NCBI RefSeq assembly: GCF_006345805.1
Contig: NC_043003.1
Location: 91,822,001-91,886,000 of the forward strand
Reading direction: 5' to 3'
From: Octopus sinensis
Lineage: Eukaryota
Length of the DNA: 64,000 nucleotides
Position numbers and translations under genes: made by a program. A model generated the notes under the pieces. It did no database searches and was not told the DNA's origin. It saw only the letters and a program-made list of their open reading frames with translations. Each line of letters starts with the position of its first letter. The first letter of the stretch is position 1. Shown piece by piece: positions 25,540-40,238 of this stretch.

Positions 25540-28417
25540 CTGCCTTGTGTTAGTAGGTACCTAGGATCATCTCTGATTATGTCTCCACAGTTGCAGGCAT
25601 GGCCTTAGTTCCTGCTCAGAGTTAATTCTTTAAACTGACTTTTTCAAAAATTTCAAACTTTCATAGTTTATTTAGAACCAGATCAAGTTGTTTGTTTATT
25701 GTCAATGGATTTTCTTTTACTGTTGCTTTATCACAAAAATGTTACAGCTGTAAGTTCCATACTAAGTTATAACCTTAAACTATTCTGTCTTGCTCATCTG
25801 AACTTTATCCTGTTTGATCTTTATGCATTATCTTTGTTATTTCTAAACATTGGATAAATTATTTTGTATTTATTTTTTTTTATGACTTGGGGGAGGAAGA
25901 ACATCATTTACAACTCTTTTCAGGGCCTCTGTGACTAGTGAGAGTAAGTTAACATACCAGAGGCCCCACCTAAATGTTTAAAACAGAGCATTTTACTAAA
26001 CGTTCACAAAGACCAGGCAGTGGTATTAAACCAAGCCACAGATTAAGCTTTCTACTCAAAAACAAGAATGGTCCTGCAAATGGTTTCCACAGCTTTTAAC
26101 TGCCAAATTTCATTCATAACACTTTGGTTGGTCTGAGTCTTTCATAGAAGACGCTTGTTCAAAGTGTTGCACAATGGGTTTAAATTTGAAGCCACCAAGT
26201 TGGGAAGCAAACTTCTTAGCCACACAATCAAACCTGCAGCACACTGAAAAGTTATGTTCTGCTTTAATACACCCCATTTCTTTTTCTATTGTTGGTACAC
26301 TAGTGATCAGAAATCACATCATCATCCTTTAGAATCTGATTAGATAAGTGAGACAGGTATGATAATGAGCCATTTTAAAGCTTTCATCATATCCATATCC
26401 ATGCCTGCTGCTGTTTTCCTTGCTTTCCATGTCAAATGTGGTAAATGCTTTTTGCATAAAGTCCAGTTTTGATTCCTGTTTGGAACCACTTTACTGTAAA
26501 GTGCTAATACTCTGGATTCTTAAGTCTCCATGCTTAATTAAGAATCAATACTTCTTTAAAACAATTACCTGTAGCGTGAGAGAACAGCCATGATGTCTGG
26601 CATAATGACATGTAAATAGCAGTGTTATTTTATTGGAATAATGGATGTTCTATTTCTATTTGTGTCTGAAGCAAATGAAAGTCGATAAAACGGGAATGAA
26701 TCCTAAAATTATGATTGTTTTATCTTTTTCCCCTTCATTTCTTGCTGTTACTCTTTTCTTCATTTTTCTTTCTTTTCTTTCTGTTTGCCCAGAAAATATT
26801 TAAGATTTAAATATAGAAATAGTCTAAGAGATATTATAATGCCTCAGCAAACAAGGTTCTTTTTATGCTTTTGAAAGTGATAATATATATATATATATAT
26901 ATAATATATATATATATATTATATATTGATTGGATGCACTTAATTTGCGGGATTTTGACAATGTGGAAAGACGGGATTTCGATTTTCACCACCTTCTTAT
27001 CAGACTATCTCTTATTATTTTATTTCTCTTGTTCTCTGTTAATCTCTGTCTGTGTACATTTCTCTTTCTCTGTCAGTCTGTCTGTTCTCTATCTATCTGT
27101 CTGTCTGTCTGTCTCCCACTTACCAACCTATTCTCACTGTTCTCTTCATGTACTTATCCACTCTCTATTTTCATTAGATTCTCAGTCCCACTGCCCGGCT
27201 ATGAATTAATTGACTTTATCTAAAGGGATGTTTTTTTCCCTCTTTTTGATCTGACAAAAACATGTTTATTGGATGTATTTTCTATTTTGGGAAAGAATAG
27301 ACAAGTTTGTGTGTGTGTGTGTGGTGTGGTGTGTGTTGTGGGGGTGTTGTGTGTGTGTGTTGCATGCATGTGGGTGCATAATACATATTAGACATACATA
27401 CATGTATGCGTATACATACATTTATAGACTCTGACTGGCTCTTTCATTGCTCTTTCATTACTTCACTTAACATCATGGTAATCCATCAATAAAAATTTAA
27501 TTTAAATTTGAAGCAAAAATGTCTTAGGTTAGTAAGAAATAATTATATTTTAACACTGGTGTACAAAAATATGCATATGTGAGTGGTTTAGTCCAAAACC
27601 ACTCACACACACACACTATATATATATATATTGAATATGTGTAGTGCTGTGTATTATTTCTGTCTGTCTCTTTCTCTCTCTCTCTCTCTCTTGGCCTGCA
27701 TGTCTTTCAAAATGTGATTTAGTTCTGTTTAAATATTTTATTTTTAATTTTTCATATTTCCTTTCTGAGTTGCTGTTTTGAGTTGAGCTTGAATATAAGT
27801 CCACCCCACTCTTCACTGACCACTTTCCTTGCAGTGGGAGACGAGAGGGGGGATATCTCAAGGTCAGGTGATGGCTATCATTATGATGTACTTCCACAGA
27901 ATGTGGATGTTGTGATTGTTATGTTAATAAGTTCTCTTATTCTGATTGTTATTGAATGCTATATAGAATTTTGTGGCATGGTTGAAAGGCATACATGATA
28001 GAATATGAATTCATTTTCTGTTATTTTTGTCTGTTGTGGTATTTGAAGGGGTAAGTTGATACAGAAATACTGACTCCTCCCCCATGACTTAGCTTATTTT
28101 TGTTGTTTTTGTTTTTAATTTCCATGAGATCTTGTATGTAATACTATAGTGATTTATATTTCAAGAATGTTACTATTATTAGCTTTATCTAAGGCAGCAA
28201 GCTGGCAGGATTATTAGACCACTGGGCAAAATGTTTAGTGGCATTTTGCCTGTCTTCACGTTCTGAGTTCAAATTCTGTAGAAGTTGACTTTGCCTTTCA
28301 TCTTTTCAGGGTTAATAAAATAAGTACCAGTTGAACACTGGGGTTGATATAATCAGCTTACACTCTCCCCCAGAATTGCTGGCTTTGTGCCAAAATTTGA
28401 AATCATTATTAATTTTA

Positions 28418-28817
28418 TACTCTTTTACTCTTTTAGTTGTTTCAGTCATTTGACTGCGGCCATGCTGGAGCACTGCCTTTAGTCGAGCAAATCGACCCCA
28501 GGACTTATTCTTTGTAAGCCCAGTACTTATTCTATCGGTCTCTTTTGCCAAACCGCTAAGTGACGGGGACGTAAACACACCAGCATCGGTTGTCAAGCAA
28601 TGCTAGAGGGACAAACACAGACACACACATACATACATATATATATACATATATACGACAGGCTTCTTTCAGTTTCCGTCTACCAAATCCACTCACAAGG
28701 CTTTGGTCGGCCCGAGGCTATAGCAGAAGACACTTGCCCAAGATGCCACACAGTGGGACTGAACGCAGAACCATGTGGTTGGTAGGCAAGCTACTTACCA
28801 CACAGCCACTATCTGCT
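28418..28817 (-). mobile_element. tRNA-derived SINE family A, young copy
   Basis: Reverse complement of the 40239 copy. Many older copies occur (about 1150, 5820, 6930, 10250, 11280, 17510, 20170, 22710, 26090, 32330, 34900, 37450, 38700, 49300). Confidence 0.85.
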
Positions 28818-29390
28818 ATTATCTTTTAAATAATGTATAAAGTAATAATGCTTGTCTTCTGTGTTACCATGGCTGGTTCAAAAGGATCTGATGAGCTGGA
28901 AGGTTGCATTGGACTCTAATATCTGCTTTGGCAAAGTTTATATGGCGGGGTGTCCTTTGTAATGTCAGCTACGCTGCTGAGTGTACTTGGCTCTTTATTT
29001 GTGGCATCGGTACTTGTGAGATCACCAAGTGATTGCAAGAGTCTTTGATAGAGTGGGAATGCAGTATTGAAGGAAATGACTTTGTGGCAGCAGTAGAGAG
29101 CCTAAAGTATGATAGAACGACAGGAACAGGTATCTTGCTATAGAGAAGATACATGAGTACCCCATCATAATGTAAATGGTAAACACCTGGTACACTAAAT
29201 ATGTGATCCAGGTTAGATTTCAGGTTGTAGCTTTGCAGTTACTCCTTTGAACACACATGGGAAAGGTTTGGATACTAAAACCCTTTAACATTCAGATTAT
29301 TCTGTCAAATATACTGCTAACTCTCCACATTTAATCATTCTACCTTTGAGCTTCTCTGCATTAGGATCTGAAATGTAAGATTTTTTTCTA

Positions 29391-29510
29391 CCCTGATGAT
29401 GGAGGCTTGATTTATCCAATGTTGATTGCTTCCATTATGGCTGCATGTTGTGATGAACTACATCTACCAACATTATGATGTATCTCTGAGCCCCTAGAAA
29501 CAGCTGTTGG
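29391..29510 (+). ncRNA. Hammerhead relic with long stem II region
   Basis: CC|CUGAUGA|UGGAGGC...GCUUCCA hairpin, ~60 further nt, then GAA|ACAGCUGU|U|GG; only 2 bp of stem I. Confidence 0.35.
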
Positions 29511-29759
29511 ACTTATAACCCCTTTCTTCCTCTCCTTTAATTTTCTCTGTTGCTTGTACTTTGTGTAAGTTGGATCTATTAATATAAATATCTCTATATT
29601 TATACTTAAGTATTCATCATCTAGAAGTCTTCACTCTTTTGCTTTCTCTTGTTTAACATGTCTACATATATAGATATTTTGTATTTCATATCCAAACTGT
29701 TATATTCAATACAATCTAATTGGTTATTTGCATAATCACCCCCTCTCTATATCTCTCTT

Positions 29760-29768
29760 ATGTATGTG

Positions 29769-29821
<53 letters not shown>

Positions 29822-29826
29822 GTATG

Positions 29827-29857
<31 letters not shown>

Positions 29858-29861
29858 GTGG

Positions 29862-29892
<31 letters not shown>

Positions 29893-29933
29893 GTATGTAT
29901 ATTATATATATAATATATATGTATGTATGTATG

Positions 29934-29978
<45 letters not shown>

Positions 29979-29979
29979 G

Positions 29980-30022
<43 letters not shown>

Positions 30023-30023
30023 G

Positions 30024-30066
<43 letters not shown>

Positions 30067-30107
30067 GTATGTGTATTTATATATATATATATATGTATGT
30101 ATGTATG

Positions 30108-30150
<43 letters not shown>

Positions 30151-30192
30151 GATGTGTATATATATATATTATTATATATGTATGTATGTATG

Positions 30193-30232
<40 letters not shown>

Positions 30233-30254
30233 AGGTATGTATATATATTATATA

Positions 30255-30287
<33 letters not shown>

Positions 30288-30883
30288 TGGATATATCTTA
30301 TATATATATAATTTATGTATGTATGTATGTATGATGTATATATATATATATATGTATGTATGTATGTATATATATATGTATGTATGTATGTATATATATA
30401 TATGTATGTATGTATGTATATATATATTATGTATGTATGTATGTATATATATATATATATTATATATATATATGTATGTATGTTATATATATATGTATGT
30501 ATGTATATCTATATATGTATGTATGTATATATATATATGTATGTATGTATATATATATGTATGTATGATGTATATATATATGTATGTATGTATGTATGTA
30601 TATATATATTATGTATGTATGATATATATATTATGTATGTAATATAATATGTATGTATGATGTATATATATATATATATGTATGTATGTATGTATATATA
30701 TATATGTATGTATGTATATATATATATGTATGTATATATATCTATGTATGTATGTAGGTATATATTAATATATGTAGGTATGTATATATATATATGTATG
30801 TATATATATATATGTATGTATGTATGTAATATATATATATATGTATGTATGTATGTATATATATATGTATGTATGTATGTATA

Positions 30884-30916
<33 letters not shown>

Positions 30917-30977
30917 ATATATATGTATGTATGTATGTATATATATATATAATATATGTATGTATATATATATGATG

Positions 30978-31010
<33 letters not shown>

Positions 31011-31130
31011 GTATGTATATGTATATTATATATAATATATGTATGTATATATATATATATATATATGTGTATGTATGTGTATATATATATATATATGTAT
31101 GTATGTGAATATATATATATATATGTATGT

Positions 31131-31162
<32 letters not shown>

Positions 31163-31740
31163 ATATATATATATATATATATGTATGTGTATATATATAT
31201 TATATATATGTATGTGTATATATATATATATATATATGTAGTGTATATTATATATATATATATGTATTGTATGTGTATATATATATATATGTGTATGTGT
31301 ATATATATATATTATATGTATGTATTATATATATATATATATATATGTATGTGTATATATATATATATATATGTATGTGTATATTATATATATATATATG
31401 TATGTGTATATATATATATATATATGTATGTGTATATATATATATATATATGTATGTGTATTATATATATATATATATAATGTATGTGTATATATATAAT
31501 ATTATATATATATATATGTATGTTGTATATATATATTATATATATGTATGTGTATATATATATATATATTATATATGTATGTGTATATATATATATATAT
31601 ATATATGTATGTTATATATATATATATATATGTATGTGTATATATAATATATATATATGTATGTGTATATATATATATATATATGTATGTGTATATATAA
31701 TATATATTATGTATGTGTATATATATATATATATGTATGT

Positions 31741-31772
<32 letters not shown>

Positions 31773-31794
31773 ATATATATATATATATGTATGT

Positions 31795-31826
<32 letters not shown>

Positions 31827-31897
31827 ATATATATATATATGTATGTGTATATATATATATAATATATGTATGTGTATATATATATATATATGTATGT

Positions 31898-31929
<32 letters not shown>

Positions 31930-32043
31930 ATATATTATATATATGATGTGTATATATATATATATATATGTATGTGTATATATATATATATATATGTATG
32001 TGTATATTATATTATGTTGTGTATATATATATATATGTATGTG

Positions 32044-32088
<45 letters not shown>

Positions 32089-32110
32089 ATATATATATTA
32101 TATGTATGTG

Positions 32111-32153
<43 letters not shown>

Positions 32154-32214
32154 ATAAATATGTACATATGTATGTAAGTATATATGTATGCTTATATGCA
32201 TGTATATGTATTTA

Positions 32215-32245
<31 letters not shown>

Positions 32246-32251
32246 GTATAT
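29760..32251. repeat. ~2.5-kb compound (TATG)n/(TA)n and (TA)n-TGTATGTG array
   Basis: Direct inspection; the source of the long MYVCIYI-type pseudo-ORFs. Confidence 0.97.
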
Positions 32252-33839
32252 AAAACTGAGAATGTGTGTCTGTCTGTCTGTTTCCCTAAAACTTGAGAAC
32301 TACACAACCAATTTCATTCAAATTTTACATATTTTACTCACAAGGCTTTGATTGAAGAAGATACTTGCCCAAGCTGCCATGCAGTGGGACTGAACCTGGA
32401 GCCATGTAGTTATCACACAACCACACCTATGTAGAACCTCTTCCTACATATGGCTGTAGGACCTGGGAAATCAATAAACAAAAGCTAAAGGTTACCATTG
32501 TTACACAGAAGTGTGATTCCTTAGGTGACTGCTGAAGACATCCTATACAGATAGACTAACAAATGTAGCCCTTAGCTCTTTTAATGCGATACACTGCCTT
32601 TGTTTCCATTAAGTTTGAAATAATGAAGAATTTAGAATAATTTGGTCATTATTAAGCTGAGGTTTGTAACATAAATTATCATAGTTACTTTGATTGAGGG
32701 TTTTAATTTAAATTACTATTAAAACAAAGTTTGTGTTTCAGAACTTGGGTTACAGAAAGTAAAAGCTGACAAAGACAAACTGGGAAGATATTTCAATAGT
32801 TTTCCAGCTAGCTACAGAAAGGCTGATGTTGTGTATAGGACATGAAGGAGCTGGAGGTCCATGATTGCCAATGCCTGTAGGTATAGCTCATAAAAAAAAG
32901 AGGAGTGTAATTCAGTAGATTTGGTCTGCTGTAATTGTCTAGTTATTTGGGTTTCATGCTTGGTCAAAAGAAATTAATCTCTCTCTTTCTTTCTCTCTCT
33001 CTCTCCCTTCCTCCCTCTCTCTCTCTTCATAAAAGCTATGAAATAATTTCTGATGACACAAGATTTATTTAGGTATAGAATTTTTTGCTGAGCAGGCAAT
33101 AGGTGTTATTTGAATTGTGATTTGTTTTCTTTGTTTTGTTGGAGGTTGTGGTAGAGTGGAATTAGAGGGCAGAGAAATCATTCAGATTTTGCTTGCTTAC
33201 AAGAAATTCCTGTAAAACAACTCTTGCTTCACCTCACTGGTGTGTGTGTGTGTGGTGTGTGTGTGTGTGTGTGTGTGCGCATTTGCATATATACATACAT
33301 ATGTCTTTGTATGTGCGCAGGTTTGTATTTGTCAGAATATAATCATATATTTGTGAGTCTCTGTTACACATATCAATGAAAACAGCCTTCTGCTTTCAGT
33401 GAATTTTGTCATAGTTGATGATACTGTAAAACTTTTGCATATATAACCCTGGAAACTGACTTAGCTTTCTATGCCAGTGAATACATTGTGATTCTGAGAA
33501 TTAAAAATACTTGAGGAAAAATTTAATAATAGTTAAAACAGCAATTACTCATGCATACATTGTCTGAAATATATCACTCCTAGTTATGTTTCTAAGTCTT
33601 ATAGGGCGATTTCAATAAAAGAATGGATAACACATTTAACACATGTAGTAAAAAATAAAAGAAAATAACTATTGTCCTAGTATGAACCAACAAAGGAACA
33701 ACCAAAATAAAGGCAGCAGAAGGAACATTATAAACAGCTTCAACTCAACAGATCAGTAGCAAGTAACCAAACAATAACAAGACAATACATGAGTCATGTA
33801 GAAGTAGATCTGGATATAAGGAAGACATAATAGTAGTAA

Positions 33840-34870
33840 TTGTTTCAGATTTTGGTACAATGCCAATACTTTAGGGGAAGAGGTTAGTTGATTACATCAA
33901 TATTTGTACTTTATTTTAGGGACCCTGAACTCAACTGGAAGAAATGCCACTAATGATTCTGCCGGTTTGCTGCTTTATATATAAAAAAAAAAATTCTACT
34001 TCAGGCATAAGGCTTGAAATTTTGTGTGGAGGTGGTAGTCAATTACATTGACCTCAGTATTCAGCTGGTATTTATTTCATCAACTGTGACAAGATGAAAG
34101 GCAAAGTCAACCTCAGTGGAATTTGAACTCAGAATGTAAAGATAGATGAAATGCCACAAAGTGTGCTCATGATTCTGCCTGCTCCCTACTATAATAATAA
34201 TAATAATATTGATTTCAAATTTTGGCACAAGGTTAGCAATTTCAGGGAAAGTGTAAGTCAATTACATCAACCCCAGTGCTCAGGATTGAAAGATTGAAAG
34301 GCAAAGTCAGCCTCGGTGGAATTTGATGAAATGCCACTAAGCATTCTGCCCAGTGTGCTAATGATTCTGCTAGCTCACCATCCTAAATAATAATAATAAT
34401 AATCATCAATTAGAGGAGCACAATATGTAATAATAAACACAGATTAAGATTAATAATAATAGCTTCAAATTTTGGCACAAGGCCAGTGAGTTCAGGGGAG
34501 AGAGAAAGTCAATTACATCGACTCCAGTGTTTAACTACTAGTTATTTTATCTACCTCGCAAAGATAAAAGGCAAAGTTAGCCTAGGTTGAATTTGAACTC
34601 AAAATGTAAAAATAATGAAATGCCATTAAGCATTTTGTCCTGTTTGCTAACAATTCTGCTAGCTTGCCACATTCAGATTAATAATAATAATGATGATGAT
34701 GATGGCTTCTTTTAAATAATGGGGTTGATTTGTTACACTGGCAGAAAGCCATAGATTTGCAGGCAGGAAAGTATAGTTAATTGAATCGACTCTGTTTATT
34801 AGTTGATACTCCGAAGTGATGAAAGTAAAGTCAAATCTTGTTGTAATTTAAATTCAGAATTGCATTTAAG
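33840..34870 (-). mobile_element. Second SINE family B cluster (about five copies)
   Basis: Repeated tttcaaattttggcacaagg...gatgaaaggcaaagtc...gaatttgaactcagaatg...gattctgc units separated by (AAT)n. Confidence 0.7.
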
Positions 34871-37800
34871 TTGCTGCATTAATTCTCTTGGACTATGTGT
34901 TAGGCTTGGCTGTATGGTTCAGACGTTTGTCTCACAATCACATAGTTTTAGGTTCAGTCTCACTGCATAGTACTTTGGGTAAATGTTTTCTACTATAGAC
35001 CTAGGCTGACTAAAACTGTGTATGTGGATTTGTTACAGGAAAAGAAGTCCTTTGTATATGTTTGTGTGAATGTATCCCTGACAATGCATGATAGTTGTAA
35101 ATACTGTCATATTAGCAAAGTCATTTGTTTCCAGCTCTCCATGGAAACATGTCTGGCCAAAGGAAAATATTAGCTTACTTGGAAACAGGTAAGGGTTAGT
35201 AATGGGAAGAGCATCTGCCTTGATAAAATGTCTGACCCATGCTAGCTTGGTAAAATGGAACTTAAACCAATGATGGAGATGATGAACAATGCTTTCTTTA
35301 TCAACCAGGGATTTTATTTATTATTAATACATTAGTTTGGAGGGGAGTATAATGTTTTTGTTTTCTTTCCATCTACTCTCCCCACCCTTGTAATGTGGGG
35401 TAACCATGTATCTCCTCTATACAAAAACACTTGTACCTGTCCCTCTATCATATTTTAGCCTCTCAACACCTGGTACAAAGCCACCTCTTTCACTAATACG
35501 ACTCTATTCAGTTGAGAGGTCATTTTCTTTGTTTTGCTAGTTAGTTGGCATCCTTAATAATGCAAGTGTTACAAAAACAAAAAAAATCCAATACATTCCG
35601 TAAAGTAGTTGGTGTTAGGGTGTTCACCTGTAGAAGCCATGCCAAAGCAGGCACTGAAACTCCATGCAGTTCCGTGACTTGTTCAACCCTGTCAAAGCAT
35701 CCAACCCATGCCAACATGGAAGACTGACATTAAATGATGGTGAACAACTAAAACATTACACTCTGTCAAACTTAAGAAAATGAAAAAAAAAAAAAAAAAG
35801 GTTATGTTGTGTGGTGGTTGCATAAATGGAAGAGTTTATGAAATTTGTAAACAGGATTGGCAGTGTTTGACATTTTTGAAAAGAAATGCTGGAACAAATA
35901 ACTTATTTTTCTGTGGCATTAATTATAGCTAAATACTTCATAGTAGAATGCCTCTATTTAAGGCTAGATACACATGATGTAAGGGAACTATTTGGCAGCC
36001 CCAGTAATATTACAAGACTTAAATGAATATTATTCATATTGTATATTTACAGCAAAGTTGTAAAAAACGCAAAAAAAAAATTCTTTTTTTTTTGTAATTG
36101 TTACTGTGATAGTGTTTATATTGCTGTAATAGTGTTTATACTGTCACTGTGATATTTTTGATAATGTTATCCTCTTAAATTAGATTTGGAATCTATATGA
36201 TGAGTATCCATATAGTTTCCGTCTACTCAGTGTCATTAACAAGGCTTGGCTCATTGTGGTAAAAGAAATTTACTTGAGATTCAATTTCAGGAATTGAACC
36301 TCAAACGTTATGATTATTAAGTGAACTTCTGAATCACTCAGCCTTTCCTATATCCTGACATACATACATTCACACACAGACTATAATATTAATGTGAATG
36401 TACATGCACAAATGCATATATTGGCATTCAATATGTGTGGGAAACATACAGAAGTACTATTGATTATCATGACCTCATTAGTTAGCAGTTTACTTTATTT
36501 AATCCACCCAGGATAGATGAGAGGAAAGATGACTTCAATGGGATTCAAACTGAGAACTTAGACAGATGCAAAATGTGAAAAAGCATTTTGTCCATTGCTT
36601 TACTGAATCTACCAGTGATGATTTCTAACTTTGGCACAATTCCATAGTAGTAGTCGTAGTAGTAGTTATAATAATAGTGATAATAATATATAACAAGTTG
36701 GGTAACCACCCACGAAATTATTTCTCACCAAATGAGACAGATGATTAAATGACTAAACCAATATTTTGGCAGCTATGTTTAGTTTAACCTGTTTCTAATG
36801 ATGTGTGTTTTCAACAGTAATTAATATACATATTAACAAGACAGTATGTTAATAGCATTTTTTTCTTACATATATTTGTTGAAAGTTTTCATTAATATTA
36901 ATTCACCTTTGTGTCACATTTGAGTTCAGTCTTTCTTATCAGTTAAGATGGCATATTATTAAAGAAATACTGAAATGTCACCTACCCTACACAATATGCT
37001 TAAAATATTCAACTACTGACCAAAAGATGAATGGCTAATGGAGACAGTTTGACTGGGGCTGGTGAGCCAGAGAGCTGTACCAGGCTCTAGTCTGTTTTGG
37101 CTTGGTTTCAATGGCTGGATGCCCTTCCTAATGCCAACCACTCCACAGAGTGTACTGAGTGTCTTTCATGTGTCATTGGCACAAGCGCTTTTTATGTATC
37201 ACTGGCACGGGTACCTTTTATATAAGCCACTGGCACTGGCTATGATTTCATTTAGCTTAATGGGTCTTCTTCTCAAGCCCAGCAAATCACTAAAGGTCTC
37301 AGTCACTTGTCATCACCTCTGTGAGACTCGGCATCCAAAGGTCAGACTTTGCTACCTTGTCCCACAGCTTCCCTCCAAAGTTAGAGATTGGCACTTCTTT
37401 ATGCAGCTGTGCTACATGATGTTGAAATGAGGGTATATACACACACACACATGACAGGCTCTTCCAGTTTTTGTCTGCCATTTCTACTGACAAGCCTTTG
37501 GTCAGCTCAGGTCTATAGAAGACACTTCTTGTGTAGTGGGACTGAGCCTAGATCCACATGGTTGTGAAGCAAGCTTCAGCTATATTTCTGTTGTGCATGC
37601 ATATACATGTGTATGCACACATTGTGGTGGACATAATCACCCTACTGCTTTTTTCTTTTTTTTTTTTTTTTTTTTTTTGTAAAATAATTCTTCAGTGGAA
37701 AGTTTATGTCCAAAGATGCAAAAGTTCTTGTTGGGTAGAAAAGCAGACCAAAACTAGTGTGTTGCATTAATCTAGTGCTTAACTTTTATATATAAAAATA

Positions 37801-38999
37801 TCTATGCTGAAGCATACCTAAAGGGAATAAGCACAGACAGTAGTTATTAAAGAGAAGTGATGACTCATTTAGTTACTACTTGCTTTTTCACTGAACCACC
37901 ATCTGACTGTAAGCCAGAACTGAAGATGTTTTCCTTTAGTCTTGAATCCAGAAGCTTTACGTTTTGGCTATCATTCTAAAAATGATAGATTATTCTCTGT
38001 TTATTCACCAGATGTAGCTGTACAGTGTTTTTATTTGTTTGGTTTCTTTTCTTGTTAGTAGTTACAGAGAGTTGGTGTCAAGATAAGCTATTTTTGAGAG
38101 TTTGACATTTTAGTTAGCAAGAAAAATGGGTGCAGTTTTTATTGTTTCAGCTAGTGGTAGTTGGCATGTTAATATAAGAGTGAAAATGTCACAAAGGCAT
38201 CTTTGTGTTACATTATTAATTTTTAGATCTGTAAATGTAATTTTAGTTATTCTGATATTTATTTCCCACTAAATAAATAAAAATAAATTAATAAATCATA
38301 AGACAATAACACTGTTTCTTACCACTTTTTATTTAAGAAGTGGCTGCAAGTAAATAGTGGCAAGAGTTGTTATTTAGTAAGAAATACAGGATCACATTGT
38401 CCAACATATCCTTTCTTTAAGATAGTAATATAAAATTTAGGAGTGAATTGACTGGTATTTCTAGCATGTTCAGTGACCATGTGGAGGCCACCTTGTTAGC
38501 TTGTAGGTGTATCTTTCACTTATTTCAGTCATTGGATTGCAGCCATGCTGGGGCACTGCTTTGAAGGGTTTTAGTCAAATGAACCAAGCCCAGTGCTTAT
38601 ATTTTAAAGTCTTCTACTTATTCAGTTGGTCTCTTTTGCCAAACTACTAAGTTACACAGATATAAACAAACACTATTTGTCAAGCAATGGGTGTGGACAA
38701 ACACAAGGACACACATACGGTAGGTGTCCATACAATTTCCATCTACCAAGTTCACTTACAAGACATTGGTCAACCTAAGGCTATAATAGACACTTGCCCA
38801 AGGTGCTATGTATTGGGACTGAACCTGAAACCTCATGGATGCCAGATGGTCTTAGCTATACAGCCAGGTAACAAAAGCAACAAAAAACAAAATCATTGCT
38901 CTTAATTAATGCAACACTTTGTTAATGTATGATAATTTAGAGCTGATATATTTGAAATGGTATTGAAGTTGTTATTTAATACATCTGTGACCAATGTTG

Positions 39000-39400
39000 A
39001 AAACTGATCCAAGTGTCTAAATATTGTCAGCCATTTCTTCTTTGGAAACCCTTTCTTTCTGAGGGCCTACAGAGACCATTGGAAACACTGGTGGGAAGTT
39101 GGGGGAGATCCATCCTGATCACATTGCCCAAGGTCACTCTACCCTTCTGCTCACCACCAATTGACTTTAGTATGCTCCAGGGCCCTGATCTTCTTAGTAT
39201 TCTCAGGTAAGTGAGAGTCTCTGTATGAAGTGTGGTGTATCTTATGCAAGTATCTTTGCTGGAAAATGTTCATTTTCCTCTCTAGTACCTTAGTCATAGG
39301 CCATAACTCACAGCCATAGAGAAGTTTAGATAAGACAATTCTTGATAACAGCTGGATTGATGTTATAAGCTTTTCAGATGCTTGTTGATTTGAGGAAGGT
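39000..39400 (-). mobile_element. Decayed RTE-type LINE C-terminal fragment
   Basis: LLYGCELWPMTKVLERKMNIFQQRYLHKIHHTSYRD resembles the LLYGCETW...R-LR-IL-ISW-D block downstream of RTE RT domains. Confidence 0.65.
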
Positions 39401-40238
39401 ATGGTAATTAGCTGAAAAAAAATTACACTTGTGGGATGTACATACAATGTTTGTTTCTTCTGTATCCAACCACAGAAACTAGATACAGTGTTTTCTTTCT
39501 CTGTCAGCTCAAACTAAAAATGCTTTCATTGGTTTTGTGTGTTGCCTTTAATGAGAGTTTGATTTTAATAACCTAATCCTCTTACAATTTCTGGCTGTTT
39601 TTTTTACTTGATTTCTTCAGATAACTATTCCTCTTGTCAACAAAGCAGTCTTGTGTTTTTTGAAAGGTAATAATTCCTCTAGTTGTTTTAGATGAAGTAG
39701 AGGTTTTTTTTTGGTGGGGGGGTTATAATTTGCTCTATATTTCACACAACCTGTTATTTTATTGTTGAGTTAGAGCATGTGTTAGTATGAAATTAATGCT
39801 AGTGTTATGACTCATAATTTTGTAATGTCTGTACAGACATGAAAGAGTACTAGCTGTAATATTTTGTTTTAGAGAAACTTCTCAAAGAGACTTGTGTGTT
39901 AAAAAACACAGGGCTTGCTTAGAATGTTGACAGATTGTCTGAGACTGTTTCAATCTAATTTGGTCTCTTCAGTGACCCCTTCCCCCAACATTTTGAGCAA
40001 AGCTGAAAAGATAGATATTCTTTCTGGTATAGAAATTGTTGAACAAAGTATTTACAATTTATGCAAAATCTAATTTATGCAAAATCTAATTTATGCAAAA
40101 TTAAATTAATGTAATCACTTGAAACAGCATGGGATTAAAATACCGATGTATATAACATCATTTCACACTTGTATATACATTATTATACAGATTGGTATTT
40201 AATTAAAATGTTTCAAGTGCAGATATTAATTTCATGTA

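Noticed and set aside
27830-27870. ttccttgcag...caag|gtcagg exon-like segment
   Set aside because: No vinculin or other recognisable similarity; splice-like motifs are expected by chance.
29720-32296. Long ORFs (up to 270 aa) of MYVCIYI type, also at 12443-12883, 13440-14267 and 20261-20598
   Set aside because: Translations of stop-free TA/TG microsatellites, with no protein signal.
35135-35160. GAAACAUGUC with palindromic ACAUGU
   Set aside because: Part of a SINE/RTE-tail body with no upstream core.
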